Assembly (NCBI GenBank): GCA_964634755.1
Contig: CAZWJH010000001.1
Coordinates: forward strand, 12,317 to 76,316
Origin: an uncultured Clostridia bacterium
GTDB lineage: Bacteria; Acidobacteriota; Aminicenantia; JAMOAD01
DNA length: 64,000 nucleotides
Direction: 5' to 3'
Shown: positions 48,490 to 58,288 of the stretch, in pieces
How the letters are laid out: every line of letters starts with the position of its first letter
Position numbering within the stretch: the stretch's first letter is position 1
Notes under the pieces: model-generated
Database searches by the model: none
The model's input: the letters and a program-made list of their open reading frames with translations, nothing else
Told to the model about the DNA's origin: nothing
Position numbers and translations under genes: made by a program

Positions 48490-50568
48490 TTGATGAAAAG
48501 GATAGGTTCAATAATATTAGCTCTTCTTTTTACAGCAAGTGGAATGCTCTTTTCGGGAGATTTTCCGTGGAATTTTGAAGAATTGCTCTTTTTAACTCTA
48601 TTTTCTCACTATGAGTCAATAGGGGGAGAAAGAGCAGGTAATTTTTTGCTTGATTTTGAAGGTATAAATCTCACATCTCCCATAGACGGTTCACCCTTTT
48701 TGATTCCATCCCTTCATCTTTTTTCAGACTTAAAATCCGACACTTTCTTTTCACCGGAATTTCACATTTCAGAAAATAAAAGTGTAAGAGAAATAGGATT
48801 TTACAGAGACGGCCTATTACTTAAAAGCGGAGAAACAACTGATATAAGAAATTCACTCTTTTATTCAAATAATATATCCGAAAAAATTTTTTTTAATGTG
48901 AGTATTTTTAATTTAGGAAATAGCCATTATCACTATGATAATGTATTTCATGGCCCTGCCGCAGAATTTTTCATGAAGTACAGGGGAGAAAATTCAGTAC
49001 TTAATTTTTATTCATTTTTCTCAAAAACAAATGATTCCTCCCTTGAGTTTGATGAACTTGAGCCACCTAAAAAAGTAAAATTCAAAGATGATGCTTTTGC
49101 TTCCTATACAAAACTCTTTACAGGTTTTTCTTATACTTATGAAAATAGCAGTCTTAAATTTAGCTCAAAATTATCATATGGATTGAAGAATCAGGATGGA
49201 GAAAAAAATGGAATTGCTCTATTTGACAGTAACACTAATAGCTGGAGCGGAAATTTTCCCTTTGCCATTTCCTCCTCTTTTTTAACCATTAACAACTCCA
49301 TCTCCTTAAAGCTATCAAATGAAGATAATTTTAAGATATTTCCCTCTTTGAATTTTGAATACCTTTCCGGAAAAACAAAGAGGGAAACCTCGGGTGAGGG
49401 AATAATTTATGATAATAGTATTAAAATTTCAGGATATGGATATGAGCTTAACTCAAGTTTGATGAGAATTTCACCAAGTTTTCGCTTTTTAAAAGGCCTT
49501 GGGGAGGATTCCATAAACCTTACACTTAACATAGGCTATGAACTTTTATGGTACTCGGGAGGAACCCCAGGTAAATCAATCTTCTTGAACTCTCCCAGAA
49601 TACTTTCAAAAATAGATTTTCAATCTGAAAAGATAAAAGGTATGATAGGGGTTTCTTATTATTCCACACCAATTACCCTTGCAAAACTCCTTCCTTTAAG
49701 CAATAATTTTTTCAATTATAAAATCTCATTTTTTGAAAACGGCATCTGGAATGAGATTGAAATATCACCCGCTTTAAAATATCATTATGACAACAGCTCC
49801 TCTTATAACAGGACAAAAAAAGCCTTCTTTTCCCTTTCTTATGGAGATAAAAACTCAAAAATAACTTTCAATTCAGTACTTTCGAAAACTTCCGATTTTT
49901 GGGATAGAATGGATAATTCTTCATCATATATAAAAGAAGGAAACATCTTTATAAAAGATAAAAACGGAGAGATAATAAATATTGGAACTCCCTCAAAAGA
50001 AAAGGATAATATCCTGTTTTCTCCCGAAAGAACCTTTTTAGGACTAAACCTGTGTTTACTGCTAAATTCCGAAAGTTTAAAATTTATTGCCGGGGTAACA
50101 TACATGAAAACAACCGGCACATATGATAATCAGTATATATCAATACTTGGAGAGTACGGCTCCGATTCAATCATTTTTTTATCTCCGAACATTCAGAACA
50201 AACTAATAGACAATTTTGACCTCAGCTTTGGTAATGGAATTAAACTTTACTCAAAGATTAAATACCTTCTTTCCGAAAATCTAAATGCAGAGCTCTTTTT
50301 TGTCCACCTCCCTCCTGTAAATTATTTCACATATACAAACGGAGTATCTCCTATAAGCTTTGTGCCAGATTCAAGAGAAAAGAGCACTTCTTACAATAAT
50401 CTGTCCATAGGTTTTAATTATTCACCAAGTAAAATAAAAGTTTACCTTTATGTAAAAAATATCTTAAACTCAACTGCTCCTCTGTTATTCCCTGTGAATG
50501 ACAGCTCAGAATTTTTAAAAACAACATCAGGTCTGGGGCTTTTTGTTGGACTTGTTTACAATCTTTAA
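48490..50568 (+). CDS. large secreted S/N/Y/F-rich protein (putative outer-envelope beta-rich protein)
   Basis: 692 aa, signal peptide (MMKRIGSIILALLFTASGMLFSG), alternating polar/aromatic beta-strand-like composition, no Cys. Confidence 0.4.
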   Translation: MMKRIGSIILALLFTASGMLFSGDFPWNFEELLFLTLFSHYESIGGERAGNFLLDFEGINLTSPIDGSPFLIPSLHLFSDLKSDTFFSPEFHISENKSVREIGFYRDGLLLKSGETTDIRNSLFYSNNISEKIFFNVSIFNLGNSHYHYDNVFHGPAAEFFMKYRGENSVLNFYSFFSKTNDSSLEFDELEPPKKVKFKDDAFASYTKLFTGFSYTYENSSLKFSSKLSYGLKNQDGEKNGIALFDSNTNSWSGNFPFAISSSFLTINNSISLKLSNEDNFKIFPSLNFEYLSGKTKRETSGEGIIYDNSIKISGYGYELNSSLMRISPSFRFLKGLGEDSINLTLNIGYELLWYSGGTPGKSIFLNSPRILSKIDFQSEKIKGMIGVSYYSTPITLAKLLPLSNNFFNYKISFFENGIWNEIEISPALKYHYDNSSSYNRTKKAFFSLSYGDKNSKITFNSVLSKTSDFWDRMDNSSSYIKEGNIFIKDKNGEIINIGTPSKEKDNILFSPERTFLGLNLCLLLNSESLKFIAGVTYMKTTGTYDNQYISILGEYGSDSIIFLSPNIQNKLIDNFDLSFGNGIKLYSKIKYLLSENLNAELFFVHLPPVNYFTYTNGVSPISFVPDSREKSTSYNNLSIGFNYSPSKIKVYLYVKNILNSTAPLLFPVNDSSEFLKTTSGLGLFVGLVYNL

Positions 50569-50600
50569 TTAATATCCTTATAACTCCTATAAGAATCCTA

Positions 50601-50629
50601 TTGACAAAAAGCCTTTTGTATGGTTAAAT
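50601..50629 (+). promoter_or_regulatory. putative sigma-70 promoter for tRNA-Met (-35 TTGACA, 17 nt, -10 TTAAAT)
   Basis: TTGACA 50601-50606, TTAAAT 50624-50629, tRNA 5' end about 10 nt downstream. Confidence 0.4.
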
Positions 50630-50638
50630 AGGGCATAT

Positions 50639-50713
50639 TGCGAGGTGGGGCAGTGGTAGCCCATTGGGCTCATAACCCAAAGGTCGGAGGTTCAAATCCT
50701 CCCCTCGCTACCA
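50639..50713 (+). tRNA. tRNA-Met (CAT), initiator-like (1:72 mismatch, three G-C pairs in anticodon stem), CCA encoded
   Basis: D-arm GGGCAGTGGTAGCCC, anticodon stem TTGGG/CCCAA with loop CTCATAA, T-arm GGAGGTTCAAATCCTCC, 3' CGCTACCA. U1-U72 unpaired. Confidence 0.8.
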
Positions 50714-50780
50714 CTTTTTCAAATCAAAACAATTTCAAAATCAAATTTGAACATTTTTTCTCCAAATGATATAAATTAAT

Positions 50781-52007
50781 ATGACATTAAGAGAAGAGCT
50801 TCTTAAAATCTTAAAATCCGTGGAAGAGCCGGATTTTACCTTTGTGGAAAAGGACTTTCCACCTGTTTTCACAAGGGCTGAAGGTATCAAAGTTTATGAT
50901 TCGGAAGGTAATGAATATCTTGATTTTTCATCATTTTTCGGGGTGAGTTTTACAGGGCACTCTCAGTCCTTTGTAAAGGGAGAAGCTGAAAAAGGATTCT
51001 ATCATGGTCTGGGAGACCTCATACCATCTGAAGAAAAAATCCTTCTAATGAAAAAACTTTCGGGAATCATAGGAGAAGGATATAAAGGGATTCTTTCCCA
51101 GAATGGCTCCGATGCAGTTGAAGCCTGCCTTCGCTCTGCTTTTCTTTACAAAGAGAGCAGAAAAATTATAGCCTTTGAAGGAGCATATCACGGAACATCA
51201 CTGGGAGTACTTTCCGCGACATACTCAAATAAATTCAGAAAAAGATTTGAAAAGCTTTTGCCCTTTGAAACAAAATTTTTTCAGTATTCTGTAAATTCCA
51301 TTTCAGAAATAAGAAATTTTCTAAAGAACAATGAAGTTTCTGCAATTATAATAGAGCCTGTTCAGGGAAGGGCCGGTATTAGAATAGCTGAAAAAGAGTT
51401 TTTACTCTCTTTGAAAAAATTATCAGAAGAATTTGATTTGCCTCTGATTTTTGATGAAGTATTCACAGGATTTGGGAAAACCGGAGAATATTTTGCAAAG
51501 GATTATTTCGGAATAAAACCCGATCTTATCGCCTTTGGAAAAGCTTTAAGCGGAGCTTTCCCTCTTTCAGGATGTTTCGGAAAAGAGAGAATAATGAATC
51601 TATGGGGAGAAAGCAAGGGAGAAGCTTCCTTTACCTTTACTTTTTCCGGAAGCCCATTTTTTTCAAGAGTTGCTTTAAGAAACCTTGAATTTCTGGAAAA
51701 ATTAAATTTTAGAAAAAAAGTCAGAGAAATTGAAAATTTGATGAAAAAAGGATTATCCGAATTAAAAAACAAATATAAAAATAAAATAAAGGAAGTAAGA
51801 GGAATAGGAGCAATCTGGGGAATTGAACTTTATCATCCTATAGATTCATTTATTGTATTTAAAAAACTTCTTAATGAAGAGAGGATTATCACTCTTCCTT
51901 CAGGAGAGAAAGGAGAAACCATAGAAGTTTTACCTCCTGTAATTGTAAAAGAAATAGAGATTAATAAATTCATTAACTCTCTGGAGAAAGTCCTTGAAAC
52001 TCTTTGA
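50781..52007 (+). CDS. class III pyridoxal-phosphate aminotransferase
   Basis: 408 aa. DEVFTGFGKTG motif and the PLP-lysine region (AFGKALSGAFP). Typical AT-III length. Confidence 0.8.
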   Translation: MTLREELLKILKSVEEPDFTFVEKDFPPVFTRAEGIKVYDSEGNEYLDFSSFFGVSFTGHSQSFVKGEAEKGFYHGLGDLIPSEEKILLMKKLSGIIGEGYKGILSQNGSDAVEACLRSAFLYKESRKIIAFEGAYHGTSLGVLSATYSNKFRKRFEKLLPFETKFFQYSVNSISEIRNFLKNNEVSAIIIEPVQGRAGIRIAEKEFLLSLKKLSEEFDLPLIFDEVFTGFGKTGEYFAKDYFGIKPDLIAFGKALSGAFPLSGCFGKERIMNLWGESKGEASFTFTFSGSPFFSRVALRNLEFLEKLNFRKKVREIENLMKKGLSELKNKYKNKIKEVRGIGAIWGIELYHPIDSFIVFKKLLNEERIITLPSGEKGETIEVLPPVIVKEIEINKFINSLEKVLETL

Positions 52008-52926
52008 TGAAATAAAAAATTATACTGAATATGGAAAAACCTTTAATGAGGAACTTGCCATTGAAATTGCAAATTTTCAATTAAAAAACAATACTTTTTA
52101 CAAAAATTATGCGGAAAAAGTTGGAATAAATAAAATAAAAAGGATTGAGGATATACCATTTCTTCCGGTGGAATTTTTTAAAAATCAGAAAATTTTTTCT
52201 CTAGAAAAACCGGATGGTTTTTTTATGTCAAGCGGCACAGGAGGAGAAAGAAGTAAAGTCTTTTACAATAAAAAAACTCTTGAGCTTTATGAAATTTCCG
52301 CTCTTAAAAGCTTCCCTTTCAAGGATAAAAAGATATACTCTCTTATTCCTCCCTTTTCAATAGCAAAAAATTCATCACTATCTTTTATGCTTGATATTTT
52401 TTCAAGGAATTTAAATTTAGAGTATTTGAACAAAAAAAGTTTTGAAATGGATGAAAAAATATTTTTCAGGATTTTAAAGGCAGAAACAGAAGAGAATAGT
52501 GTTCTCTTTTTAACATCCCTTCAGCTTTTTAAATTATCCTCTTTAAAAAAAGGAATAATTACCAAAAAGTTTACAATTATAGAAACCGGTGGATACAAAG
52601 CTACAAAAAAGATTTACAGAAGAAATGAGCTTTACAAATTTGCTAAAAAAGTCTTTATAAACTCTGATTTTTTCTCTGAATACGGAATGGCAGAGCTTTT
52701 CTCACAGTTTTATACTGTTTCAAAAAACAGAGATTACACATTTTCACATTATAATTTTGTTTTCACAAAAAACGGGAAAGGCTTATTAAAAGTTTTTGAT
52801 TTTGCAAATATGGGAACAGTATCAGCTCTGTATATTCCGGATTTTATTGTAAAGAGGGGGAATGAGTTTGATGTAAAAGGAAGACTTATATCTGAAATAA
52901 GAGGTTGCGGCTATGTCTTCAAATAA
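51994..52926 (+). CDS. LuxE-like acyl-protein synthetase (adenylate-forming)
   Basis: 310 aa. IEDIPFLPVEFFK...FFMSSGTGGERSKV matches the LuxE pattern IDDIPVFPTSVFK...FTSSGTNGLKSQV. IIETGGYK matches the LuxE IITGGGWK. Overlaps the aminotransferase stop. Confidence 0.6.
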   Translation: MKLFDEIKNYTEYGKTFNEELAIEIANFQLKNNTFYKNYAEKVGINKIKRIEDIPFLPVEFFKNQKIFSLEKPDGFFMSSGTGGERSKVFYNKKTLELYEISALKSFPFKDKKIYSLIPPFSIAKNSSLSFMLDIFSRNLNLEYLNKKSFEMDEKIFFRILKAETEENSVLFLTSLQLFKLSSLKKGIITKKFTIIETGGYKATKKIYRRNELYKFAKKVFINSDFFSEYGMAELFSQFYTVSKNRDYTFSHYNFVFTKNGKGLLKVFDFANMGTVSALYIPDFIVKRGNEFDVKGRLISEIRGCGYVFK

Positions 52927-53929
52927 AAAAGAGAAGATAATTAAAGCTCTTAAATTATTTAAGCAAAAGTATGAAAAGGGAGAAATTGTTTCATCAAAAA
53001 AATACCAGAAAAGATTAGTTTTAGAGAGTATAGAGCATTTTATCAAGGAGACGGAAAAGTATGAGGCAAAAGAACTTGTCTCTCCTTATAAAAAAATTTT
53101 CATTATTCTTCCTGCAAATGTCCCGACAGAGTTTTTTGAATTTATTCCCATTCTTCTCTCATACAATGCTTTCTTTTTTTTCAAATTACCGAAAAGAAAC
53201 AGGGTTTTTATAAAAAGCTTTTTTGAAATATTGAATTTTAATAATATAAAAGCAGAATATCTCTCTCACAAAAAAACTTTAAAAGAGGCAAAAAATTTTG
53301 ATTTTATTATAGGTTCAGGAAGCAGTGGTCTTGAAGATTCTTTAAAGGATTTAAGAAAACCTTACAGATTTTTCGGCCCTAAATTTTCTTTTGCAATTAT
53401 GAAAAATTTTTCGGAAAAAGATCTGAAATCAGTATTGAAAGATTTTCTCTCCTTTGATACTGAAGGGTGCCTTTCCGCAAGATTTTTATTTACAAAATTC
53501 GATCTTGATTTAAAGCTGATAAAAAAAATAATAAGAAACATAAGAAAAGAGCTCTATCCTCAAAAAGATTTTGACCCTTATCTTTTCGATTATTATAATG
53601 CTATAAACCTTTATTATTCTAAAGATAGTCTTATCCTAAAAAGAGAAGCAATTTTCAAAGTTAATGAATTTCCAAAATACTTTCCTCCAAGGACTCTTTT
53701 TGTCAAAAGATACGAGAAAGAGATTGAAATTATTGATTTTCTAATAGGGGCAAAAAATTCCGTTCAGGCAATTTTAAATAAGGATGGTTCGAAATCAGAT
53801 TTTTTCATTAAAAACACCTCAGTATCTCTTTTTCTTCCGTTCAGAAGAGCTCAATTCCCTCCTTTCGGATGGTTCTTTGAAAGAGAGTTGAAACTAGAGG
53901 ATTTTTTCCAATTTAAACATTACCCATAA
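52913..53929 (+). CDS. LuxC-like acyl-CoA/acyl-protein reductase (aldehyde-forming)
   Basis: 338 aa. Candidate catalytic Cys in SFDTEGCLSARF resembling the ALDH-type nucleophile of LuxC. Overlaps the LuxE-like stop. Weaker call. Confidence 0.4.
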   Translation: MSSNKKEKIIKALKLFKQKYEKGEIVSSKKYQKRLVLESIEHFIKETEKYEAKELVSPYKKIFIILPANVPTEFFEFIPILLSYNAFFFFKLPKRNRVFIKSFFEILNFNNIKAEYLSHKKTLKEAKNFDFIIGSGSSGLEDSLKDLRKPYRFFGPKFSFAIMKNFSEKDLKSVLKDFLSFDTEGCLSARFLFTKFDLDLKLIKKIIRNIRKELYPQKDFDPYLFDYYNAINLYYSKDSLILKREAIFKVNEFPKYFPPRTLFVKRYEKEIEIIDFLIGAKNSVQAILNKDGSKSDFFIKNTSVSLFLPFRRAQFPPFGWFFERELKLEDFFQFKHYP

Positions 53930-54777
53930 AGCTTTATAAATTCGTCGATCTCTTCCTGAACTTCATACATCTTTCTTTCGGCCTCACTTCCTCCTATTGA
54001 CAGTATTTCCAACTCCTCTTCAATATTTTCCTTTCTTGGGGTATAAAGGCTGTACCCCTTTTCAGAAGCAAGTTTATCGTAAAGGCTAATTATTGCAGGT
54101 AACTTCGTTTCATCTTTAACAACCTTCGGATTGTGGTGATACAGAATTCCATATGTAATAGTTTTACTCATTTTCCATGCTTTTGCAAGAAGATAGCCCA
54201 CTTCAAGGTGTGTGTATCCGAAAATATCCCTTTCATTCTCAATCGATGTGTTTTTTAAAGCATTGGTTTTTTCTATAACCTTTAGATATTTTTCCTGAAA
54301 CTCCTTTATGAGTAATGCCTTCCCTATATCATGTAAAAGGCCCGCTATATAACCTTCTTCTGGATCACAAATATTATAATCATTTGAGAAAAGTCTCGAT
54401 GCAAAAGCAACAAAAATGGAATGTCTCCACTGGTTAAGCTGAAGTTTGGAATCTTTAATTTTATTCAAAAGATTTTTCGTAAAATATGTCATCAAAATCG
54501 TCCGGAGATTGGAATAGCCCAAAAATGTTATCGCATGAGTAAGAGTTGAGATCTCTTGAACAGCTCCATAATAAGCAGAATTTGCTGTCTTTAATATAAA
54601 AAAAGTTAAAGATTCGTCAAGCAAAATTCTTTCTTTGATATCTTTAATATTTGAATTTGAACTTCTTAAAAGCCCCATTGTCTCAAGTAAAATTTTTGTG
54701 TTTGAAGGAAGCTCTTCCTTTATATCTATTTCTTTGACAACCTTATCAAGAGAAAATTTTTTATATGGTTTTTTCAT
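53920..54777 (-). CDS. HDOD-domain signalling protein
   Basis: 285 aa with an HD-like motif (AGLLHDIGKALL) in the HDOD arrangement. Confidence 0.7.
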   Translation of the reverse strand: MKKPYKKFSLDKVVKEIDIKEELPSNTKILLETMGLLRSSNSNIKDIKERILLDESLTFFILKTANSAYYGAVQEISTLTHAITFLGYSNLRTILMTYFTKNLLNKIKDSKLQLNQWRHSIFVAFASRLFSNDYNICDPEEGYIAGLLHDIGKALLIKEFQEKYLKVIEKTNALKNTSIENERDIFGYTHLEVGYLLAKAWKMSKTITYGILYHHNPKVVKDETKLPAIISLYDKLASEKGYSLYTPRKENIEEELEILSIGGSEAERKMYEVQEEIDEFIKLYG

Positions 54778-54788
54778 TTTTTAATATA

Positions 54789-55883
54789 TCAAATACCAAA
54801 GCCTGTTCCGAGTGCTCTTGCCATTTTTACAATATCACTCTCAGGATTTACTCGTCTTGGATTTCTCGCCGCTTCCGCAAGAGAAACACTTACTATATCA
54901 TTTCCCCTACTCGCCACCATTTGACCAAATTTACCCTCATGAATTAATCTTACAGCATGATAACCAAATCTTGTTGCGAGCAACCTGTCAAAAGGAGAAG
55001 GGGAACCTCCTCTCTGCAAATGCCCTAAAACAGTTACTCTTGTTTCCATCCCTGTCTTTTCCTCAATTTCATCACCTACCTTATTTCCAATTCCACCTAA
55101 TCTTATCGGCATTGTGGGATCATCAACAATTTTCTTTACGACAACATCCCCACCTTTTGGTTTTGCACCCTCACTGACAACCACAAGACTGAATCTTTTC
55201 CCCTTTTTAACCCTCCTTTCTATTGTTTCAGCAACTTTATCAATATCATATGGGATTTCAGGTATAAGTATAACATCACCTCCCCCAGCAATCCCTGCAT
55301 GAAGCGCAATCCAACCGGCATCTCTTCCCATAACTTCTATAACCATCACTCTATGGTGAGACTCGGCTGTTGAATGGAGTTTATCAATTGAAAAAGTAGC
55401 AACCTGAAGAGCAGAGTCAAAACCAAAAGTTACATCTGTCCCTCCAAGATCATTGTCAATCGTCTTGGGAACCCCCACCATCGGGACCCCGTATCTTTCA
55501 TAAAATTCAAGTGCAATACTTTGAGTGCCATCTCCCCCTATTGAAACAATAACATCAATATCATTGTATTCTATTGTTTTAATAACCTGCTCACTAACAT
55601 CAATAAACTCTGATTTCCCATTTTTCTCTACTTTGTACTTAAACGGATTATCCCTGTTTGAAGTACCTAAAATAGTACCTCCTCTCGGAAGTATTCCTGA
55701 AACATCCTTTTCTCTGAGAGGAAAAACATTCTTTTTTATCAAACCTGCAAACCCATCTCTTATTCCCACAACCTCATAACCGTACTCATTTATAGCAGTT
55801 TTTACCACTGCTCTTATAACAGCATTAAGACCGGGACAATCACCGCCAGCAGTTAAAACCCCTATTTTTCTTACTTTTGCCAT
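54789..55883 (-). CDS. pfk: 6-phosphofructokinase (possibly PPi-dependent type)
   Basis: GVLTAGGDCPGLNAVIRAV, GGDGT and PKTIDNDL motifs. Lys in the PKTIDND motif (E. coli PfkA has Gly there) is a PPi-PFK hallmark, while the GGDGT Gly is ATP-type. Confidence 0.85.
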   Translation of the reverse strand: MAKVRKIGVLTAGGDCPGLNAVIRAVVKTAINEYGYEVVGIRDGFAGLIKKNVFPLREKDVSGILPRGGTILGTSNRDNPFKYKVEKNGKSEFIDVSEQVIKTIEYNDIDVIVSIGGDGTQSIALEFYERYGVPMVGVPKTIDNDLGGTDVTFGFDSALQVATFSIDKLHSTAESHHRVMVIEVMGRDAGWIALHAGIAGGGDVILIPEIPYDIDKVAETIERRVKKGKRFSLVVVSEGAKPKGGDVVVKKIVDDPTMPIRLGGIGNKVGDEIEEKTGMETRVTVLGHLQRGGSPSPFDRLLATRFGYHAVRLIHEGKFGQMVASRGNDIVSVSLAEAARNPRRVNPESDIVKMARALGTGFGI

Positions 55884-56287
55884 ACTTACTATCCCTCCTG
55901 TTTATTTTTAAGCTTTTCTGTTCCTTTCCGCCTATTAATAATATTTTTCATTATGTTACACCCATAAGCATTATTCTTTATTCTAAAAAAAGCCATCATA
56001 TTTTTATAAAGACACATTCCCTTCTCCATACAGTAAACTTATAATAATACTAACTTATCTCTAAAAAGAGAAAATGTCAATAGCACTAATTATTTACAAA
56101 TTTCAGAATATAATCTGAATATTGAAAAAAAAATAATGGTACCTTATCTTCTCAAAAGGAGAGTTATTTTAGATGAATAAGGATGAAACATCTCCTTTTC
56201 GGTTAGATTATTTTTGATGAATGAGGTTATATTGACTTTTTTTTTTAACTCTTTTATCATTTTTTCTAAAAAAATAAAATAAAGGAT

Positions 56288-57922
56288 GTGTCAATGACTG
56301 AATTAAAAGAAAACATTCAAAAAACTCTTCGTGATTCTGTGATCATGAGATGGTTTGCATTATTATTAGTAAGTGCTTTGATGTTTGCAACTTATTGGTT
56401 TCAGGACTTTTTTTCAGGTTTGAAACCTTTGATGGAAAGTCAGCTGGGTATTTCCTCAACCCAATTCGGGACTTTAATCAGTCTGACAACCATTGCAAAT
56501 GTGTTTGGAATGATAATAGTCGGAGGAATAATTCTTGACAAGTGGGGAATCAGGCTTTCCATGCTTATTTTCGGTAGTGTTGCAACACTCGGAGGAGCAA
56601 TCGTTGCAGTGGGAGCAAGTGGTGTAATTACAACAGAACCTTCCAAAAGGTTACTAATAATGATAATCGGAAGAATTCTTTTCGGGATAGGGCTTGAGAT
56701 CACAGCCGTAATTATAACTAAAACAATTGTAAAGTGGTTTAAAGGATATGAGCTTGCACTTGCTATGGCAATTAATATCGGTTTTGGCAGGCTGGGGTCA
56801 GCTCTGGGAACATCTTTATCTCCAGAGATTGCACACAATAATGTACCTACAGCTGTTACTTTCGCAGCAACTTTAATAGGGATAGGATTTGTTCTTTTTA
56901 TAGTCTATATGTTTTTTGATATAAAATTGGATAAGCAATTAAATGAGACCACATCAGATGATGAAAAATTCAAATTTTCCGATCTTAAAAAGCTTGTTAC
57001 CGACAAATCTTTCATAATTATTTCTCTTCTTTGTGTTGCTTTTTATTCAGCAGTTTTTCCTTTTATGCAGTATGCACCTGATCTTCTTGTGAATAAATTC
57101 GGTTTTTCTTATGATTTGCCTGCAAATGCTTCACAAATAGTAATATTCGGAAGTGCAACACTTGGTAATACTTTAATATATGTGATTTTGTTTTTATTTG
57201 GGATTTTATTCCCTGTTCTTCCTTCACGACTTAAATCAAAATCTTCAAAAATAATCTCATTAATTATCTTAAGTGCTCTTTTTGTATTCTTTATATATTT
57301 CATCAAGGATACTTTATCTATTTGGCTAAAAAATGGACCTAAGGTTGCAAGTTTAATACCGATGGCAACCATTATGTTCTCACCCATTTTCGGAAATTTT
57401 GTTGATAAAAAGGGTAAAGCCGCTTCACTAATGATACTTGGATCACTTCTTCTCATTTTCGCACATTTGTCTCTATCTATTTTTAATAATGTTTTTCTCG
57501 GATATTTCGGGCTTATAAGCCTTGGAATAGCTTTTTCATTGGTTCCAGCTGCTATGTGGCCATCAGTAGCAAAAATAGTTCCTGAGTACAGAATAGGGAC
57601 TGCTTATGCAACCATGTTTACTGTTCAAAACTGGGGATTACTGGCCTTTTTTGCCGGTATAGGTAAAGTCCTTGATCTTGTTAATCCTAATGTTATAGCA
57701 AAAATAAGGGCATTAAGGCAAAGTTTGGCAGCACAGGGATTAAATGAAGTCCAAATATCCGAAAAAATTCAAGAGTTAAGGAAAGCTGGTCAACTCCCGG
57801 TTTATAATTATACAATTCCGATATTAATTCTTGTTGTTCTCGGAATTATCTCAATATTCCTCGCATTTATGCTAAAAAAAGCGGACAAAGAACAAGGATA
57901 CGGACTCGAATTACCTTCTTAA
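56288..57922 (+). CDS. MFS transporter
   Basis: 544 aa, about 12-14 TM helices with a central loop, GRILFGIG-type MFS motif. Confidence 0.75.
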   Translation: MSMTELKENIQKTLRDSVIMRWFALLLVSALMFATYWFQDFFSGLKPLMESQLGISSTQFGTLISLTTIANVFGMIIVGGIILDKWGIRLSMLIFGSVATLGGAIVAVGASGVITTEPSKRLLIMIIGRILFGIGLEITAVIITKTIVKWFKGYELALAMAINIGFGRLGSALGTSLSPEIAHNNVPTAVTFAATLIGIGFVLFIVYMFFDIKLDKQLNETTSDDEKFKFSDLKKLVTDKSFIIISLLCVAFYSAVFPFMQYAPDLLVNKFGFSYDLPANASQIVIFGSATLGNTLIYVILFLFGILFPVLPSRLKSKSSKIISLIILSALFVFFIYFIKDTLSIWLKNGPKVASLIPMATIMFSPIFGNFVDKKGKAASLMILGSLLLIFAHLSLSIFNNVFLGYFGLISLGIAFSLVPAAMWPSVAKIVPEYRIGTAYATMFTVQNWGLLAFFAGIGKVLDLVNPNVIAKIRALRQSLAAQGLNEVQISEKIQELRKAGQLPVYNYTIPILILVVLGIISIFLAFMLKKADKEQGYGLELPS

Positions 57923-58011
57923 AATAAAAACTTATGTATTTTCCTTTACAAATATAATTTATTGAGTTTTTTAAATATTTTCTATTTCACACAAAAAAAA
58001 GTGAAGGTTAA

Positions 58012-58040
58012 TTGACAACAAATTTCAGTTCATATATAAT
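58012..58040 (+). promoter_or_regulatory. consensus sigma-70 promoter for feoAB (-35 TTGACA, 17 nt, -10 TATAAT)
   Basis: TTGACA 58012-58017, TATAAT 58035-58040, exact 17-nt spacer. RBS GAGGT and ATG at 58056. Confidence 0.5.
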
Positions 58041-58055
58041 CTTACGAGGTAAAAA

Positions 58056-58286
58056 ATGACATTAATAAATGCTAAACCAAATAAAATTTACATAATAATA
58101 GGTTTTAACGGAGGGCCGAATTTAATTCAAAGGCTTTATTCCATGGGGCTTTATCCTGGCGCAAGAGTTCAAATTGTTAGTGTAGCTCCGCTAAGAGGAC
58201 CTCTTATGATAAGAAACATTGATAATGGCATCCAAATAGCTTTGGGACGTGGTATTGTAAGCAAAATAGTCGTCTCAGAGGCCTAA
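58056..58286 (+). CDS. feoA: ferrous iron transport protein FeoA
   Basis: 76 aa SH3-like FeoA pattern (IRNIDNGIQIALGRG). Confidence 0.8.
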   Translation: MTLINAKPNKIYIIIGFNGGPNLIQRLYSMGLYPGARVQIVSVAPLRGPLMIRNIDNGIQIALGRGIVSKIVVSEA

Positions 58287-58288
58287 AA

